From Candidatus Falkowbacteria bacterium (GTDB lineage Bacteria; Patescibacteriota; Patescibacteriia; UBA11705; JABHMO01), in the NCBI GenBank assembly GCA_018674305.1, contig JABHAL010000010.1:25708-89707 (forward strand): DNA of 64,000 nt, written 5' to 3'. This document shows positions 61,145 through 64,000 of this stretch, in pieces. The position numbers and the translations under genes were made by a program. The notes below the pieces were generated by a model. The model was not told where the DNA came from. It saw nothing but the letters and a program-made list of their open reading frames with translations, and did not search any database. How positions within the stretch are numbered: the first letter of the stretch is position 1; the number at the start of each line of letters is the position of its first letter.

Positions 61145-61426
61145 TCTTTATGTTTTCCAAACAAAAAAACCACCAACTACATTGTAGTGGTGGGTTTTAT
61201 TTTTCACCGCAAAGGCTTATCAAAAACCTCTGATCTTGTTGATTTCCCTTTCAATCAACAGTTGCGTATCCGTAGCAACTGTTTCTTTTGGCAGCGACTT
61301 CAGCAAAGTAGAATCAGGACTGCGAGTGAAACCCATGAACTTAGTATTCTGTCAGCAATTAGCTAAAATTAAACAAAAAAATGAACCATTAGGTTCATTT
61401 TTTATATTATATTACACCTTAAATCT

Positions 61427-62770
61427 TTAATCTGTCCGTATTATCTCTAAAATCTCATCACGCTTTTCTTTCATCAACTCTTCCGTCTTTGCTTCTAAGT
61501 TTAATCGCAGAAGCGGCTCGGTATTACTTGGACGAACATTGAACCACCAGTCTTCAAATTCAAAAGTTCCACCATCAAACGCCTGAGTCAAATTATCACC
61601 AAATCTTTCTTTTAACTTGGCAATAATCTCATCCTTGTCTTCAACTTCTGAATTAGTCTCTTCAATCCGATAATATGTTTGAAATTCTTTAATTGTTTCT
61701 GAAAATGACTTACCTTCTTCACTTAACATCTGCAAAACAATTACGGTCGCGATAATTCCACTATCCGCTCGATAATTGTCCTTGAAATAATAATGACCTG
61801 AATGCTCACCAGCAAAAACCGCGCCAGTTTCTTTCATGTCCTGTTTAATATATGAGTGTCCAACCTTACTTGTAAAAGCTTTTCCACCCATTTTTTCCAC
61901 AACTTCAGGAACGGCCTTACTCACAACCACATTACGAATTATTGTAGCGCCTGGATTTTTTTCTAATAATTTTTTCGCCACCATAGCCGTTATCCAAGAG
62001 CTGTCAATCATATCCCCTTTTTCATCAACAAAAAACACTCGATCTGCATCACCATCAAAGGCTAAACCAAGATCAGCGTTAGTTTCTTTCACTTTGGCGA
62101 TTAAGTCCAAATTATTTTCAATTTCAATCGGACTGGGCTGATGGTTTGGAAAAGTACCGTCCAACTCAAAATATAGAGGAATAATTTCGCAGGGTAAATC
62201 ATTAAAAATTGCCGGGACAATTTTTCCAGCCATTCCATTTCCAGCGTCAACTACAATTTTTAGAGGTTTTATTTTTTCTTTATCAATAAAAGTGTAAACA
62301 TGCTCGGCGAATTCTTCTAAAATCCCATCTTTTCCTTCAACTTGCCCCAAAACTTCAGAATCAGTAAATTCGTTTTTCAAAACTAATTCTTTCATTTCAG
62401 TTAGTCCGCTTTCCTTTCCAACTGGCTGGGCTCCGGACAAACAAAACTTAATCCCAATATAATCCTTTGGATTGTGCGAGGCTGTGATCATGGCGCCTGC
62501 CATTTGATATTTTCCAGAAGCAAAATAAACTGTATCAGTGCTGACAAGACCAAGAGTTATTACCTTTGCTCCCTGTTTTGTTGCTCCACGAATAAAAGCC
62601 TGACTCATTTGTGGTGAAGAAATTCGCATATCCCAACCCAAAACTAATTCTTTGATTTGAAAATGAAGAACAAAAGCTTGTCCTACTCGTTCCATTATTT
62701 CTTCATTGAATTGGTCAGGATAAATGCCCCGAAAATCGTAGGCTTTAAAAATTAATTGATCAATCTGCAT
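61427..62770 (-). CDS. Phosphomannomutase/phosphoglucomutase
   Basis: FKAYDFRG, ITASHNP, FDGDADR, GEHSGH, RPSNTEP. Confidence 0.93.
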   Translation of the reverse strand: MQIDQLIFKAYDFRGIYPDQFNEEIMERVGQAFVLHFQIKELVLGWDMRISSPQMSQAFIRGATKQGAKVITLGLVSTDTVYFASGKYQMAGAMITASHNPKDYIGIKFCLSGAQPVGKESGLTEMKELVLKNEFTDSEVLGQVEGKDGILEEFAEHVYTFIDKEKIKPLKIVVDAGNGMAGKIVPAIFNDLPCEIIPLYFELDGTFPNHQPSPIEIENNLDLIAKVKETNADLGLAFDGDADRVFFVDEKGDMIDSSWITAMVAKKLLEKNPGATIIRNVVVSKAVPEVVEKMGGKAFTSKVGHSYIKQDMKETGAVFAGEHSGHYYFKDNYRADSGIIATVIVLQMLSEEGKSFSETIKEFQTYYRIEETNSEVEDKDEIIAKLKERFGDNLTQAFDGGTFEFEDWWFNVRPSNTEPLLRLNLEAKTEELMKEKRDEILEIIRTD

Positions 62771-62775
62771 AAAAA

Positions 62776-63891
62776 TTATTTTAATACACCCTTAAATATT
62801 AAATACAATGCCCCAAATCCAGCGGTGCTTATAATTAAATTAATTAAAAATCCAACAAAAGGCAAGGATATTGCCACTACAACAATAAATACTCCGAGTA
62901 TCATTGGCCAAAATAATTTATTATTTTTCACGTCTTCTTTCAAAATCAAGGCACCAATTGCCAAAGCCACAAAAACTTTAACCACATAAAAAGCAATCAA
63001 ATATAGTCCCATAGCAATTAACCCCAATGGCATTCCAACCATAGTCGCCATTAATAATAAACTAACCATCGGAGTAAAAATAAGCCACCAAAAGCCATGA
63101 TTAAAACACTTTAATGGATCTTTGCTAACTGTTGCCGCTAAAAGCATGGTGATTTTTTTCATAACCCTAATCATCACCATTGCCAAAACCAATAATCCAA
63201 AGAAGTAAAATAGTCTCCCAAATATATACAGATAGTCAAAAGTTTTCCTCCAATCAACGCTGACTTGCTGGCTTAATTGCTTAGTTTGCCCAGTAATCTG
63301 CAAAGAATCAAAGTTAACCATTGTTTTTCTGGTTGGAGAATATTCCAAATTACCACCAACACTTAATCCTTCTGCAAACTCTACCGACCCCTTTGGATCA
63401 ATATGCAAAAATAAATTACCACCAATATTTTGATCAAGCTTAGCAGAAACACCAAATAAATTTATATCGCCTTGATGTTCTGACTGTAAATCAAATTTAT
63501 TTGCTCCAACCATAATATCCTGACCAACAGTCCCTGAAACGATAACTGACTCTCCTGCTCCAGTAAAGTTTTTTCGGACCTCTCCCGTAATCACTATTTT
63601 CCCAGCCAAGAATCGCAAATTGCCTTTTACTGTGCCATTAATTGTCAAATTTTCGGCTGCTCCAATCAAATCCCCTTCAATAACACCATCAACTACAACT
63701 GTTTCAGCTAAAATATAAGCATCTTTTTGTAATGTGCCAGAAATATCAACGGTCTCCCCAGTTTTGAAAAAATTATAGCTAATAACTTGTTCTTTTGGAA
63801 TAAATACGTTTTCCATCTCTCCGTAACTAGCTAAAGTCACCGCAGGCAAACATAAAACAATTAGAATTAATATCAGCCAAAACTTTTTCAT
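62776..63891 (-). CDS. Membrane protein with bactofilin-like beta-helix repeats
   Basis: Signal peptide, repeated V.I.G.V.GD/N units, C-terminal TM bundle; start placed at MKKFW. Confidence 0.75.
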   Translation of the reverse strand: MKKFWLILILIVLCLPAVTLASYGEMENVFIPKEQVISYNFFKTGETVDISGTLQKDAYILAETVVVDGVIEGDLIGAAENLTINGTVKGNLRFLAGKIVITGEVRKNFTGAGESVIVSGTVGQDIMVGANKFDLQSEHQGDINLFGVSAKLDQNIGGNLFLHIDPKGSVEFAEGLSVGGNLEYSPTRKTMVNFDSLQITGQTKQLSQQVSVDWRKTFDYLYIFGRLFYFFGLLVLAMVMIRVMKKITMLLAATVSKDPLKCFNHGFWWLIFTPMVSLLLMATMVGMPLGLIAMGLYLIAFYVVKVFVALAIGALILKEDVKNNKLFWPMILGVFIVVVAISLPFVGFLINLIISTAGFGALYLIFKGVLK

Positions 63892-64000
63892 AAATTTGTA
63901 CTTTTTAATTATTAATTTACCCACTTTTCAACTTTGACGTTTAGGTATAAGTATTATACAATATTAGCAGAAAAATACAAAAATTTAGGAAAGCACGGAA

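Noticed and set aside
61220-61336. 38-aa minus-strand ORF MGFTRSPDSTLL between two terminators
   Set aside because: No SD, no motif and no consensus promoter; too weak to call

Overview
AT-rich bacterial chromosome segment that reads as a Patescibacteria (CPR, Parcubacteria-like) genome. This is inferred from housekeeping genes without Shine-Dalgarno (SD) motifs, Elp3, a membrane-anchored Clp ATPase, a type IV pilin locus and typical CPR surface-protein repeats. Core genes include murB, murC, murI, glyA, folD, dnaB, recR, rplU, a UvrD/PcrA helicase, queH, gatAC, ligA, gap, rseP, rpiB and a phosphomannomutase. I found no rRNA, tRNA, CRISPR array or reverse transcriptase. Main observations: (1) a ~1.19 kb ORF-free minus-strand unit (25113->23922) with a consensus sigma70 promoter, paired 5'/3' ends, many UUCG/GNRA hairpins and an intrinsic terminator, a candidate giant structured ncRNA; (2) two more promoter-to-terminator units with no credible ORF; (3) seven paralogs in two tandem arrays with a constant ~75-aa N-terminus and divergent SH3/KOW-like C-termini; (4) 13 TTGACA promoters that drive only these RNAs and SD-led orphan cassettes (including TolQ/ExbB-like derivatives and a GC-rich lipoprotein island), often with a boxA-like motif; (5) many palindromic and 7-9-nt inverted repeats that flank four-helix-bundle/GxxExxY genes and also occur in frame inside murI and ligA. 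All family calls come from motif recognition by eye; no searches were run.
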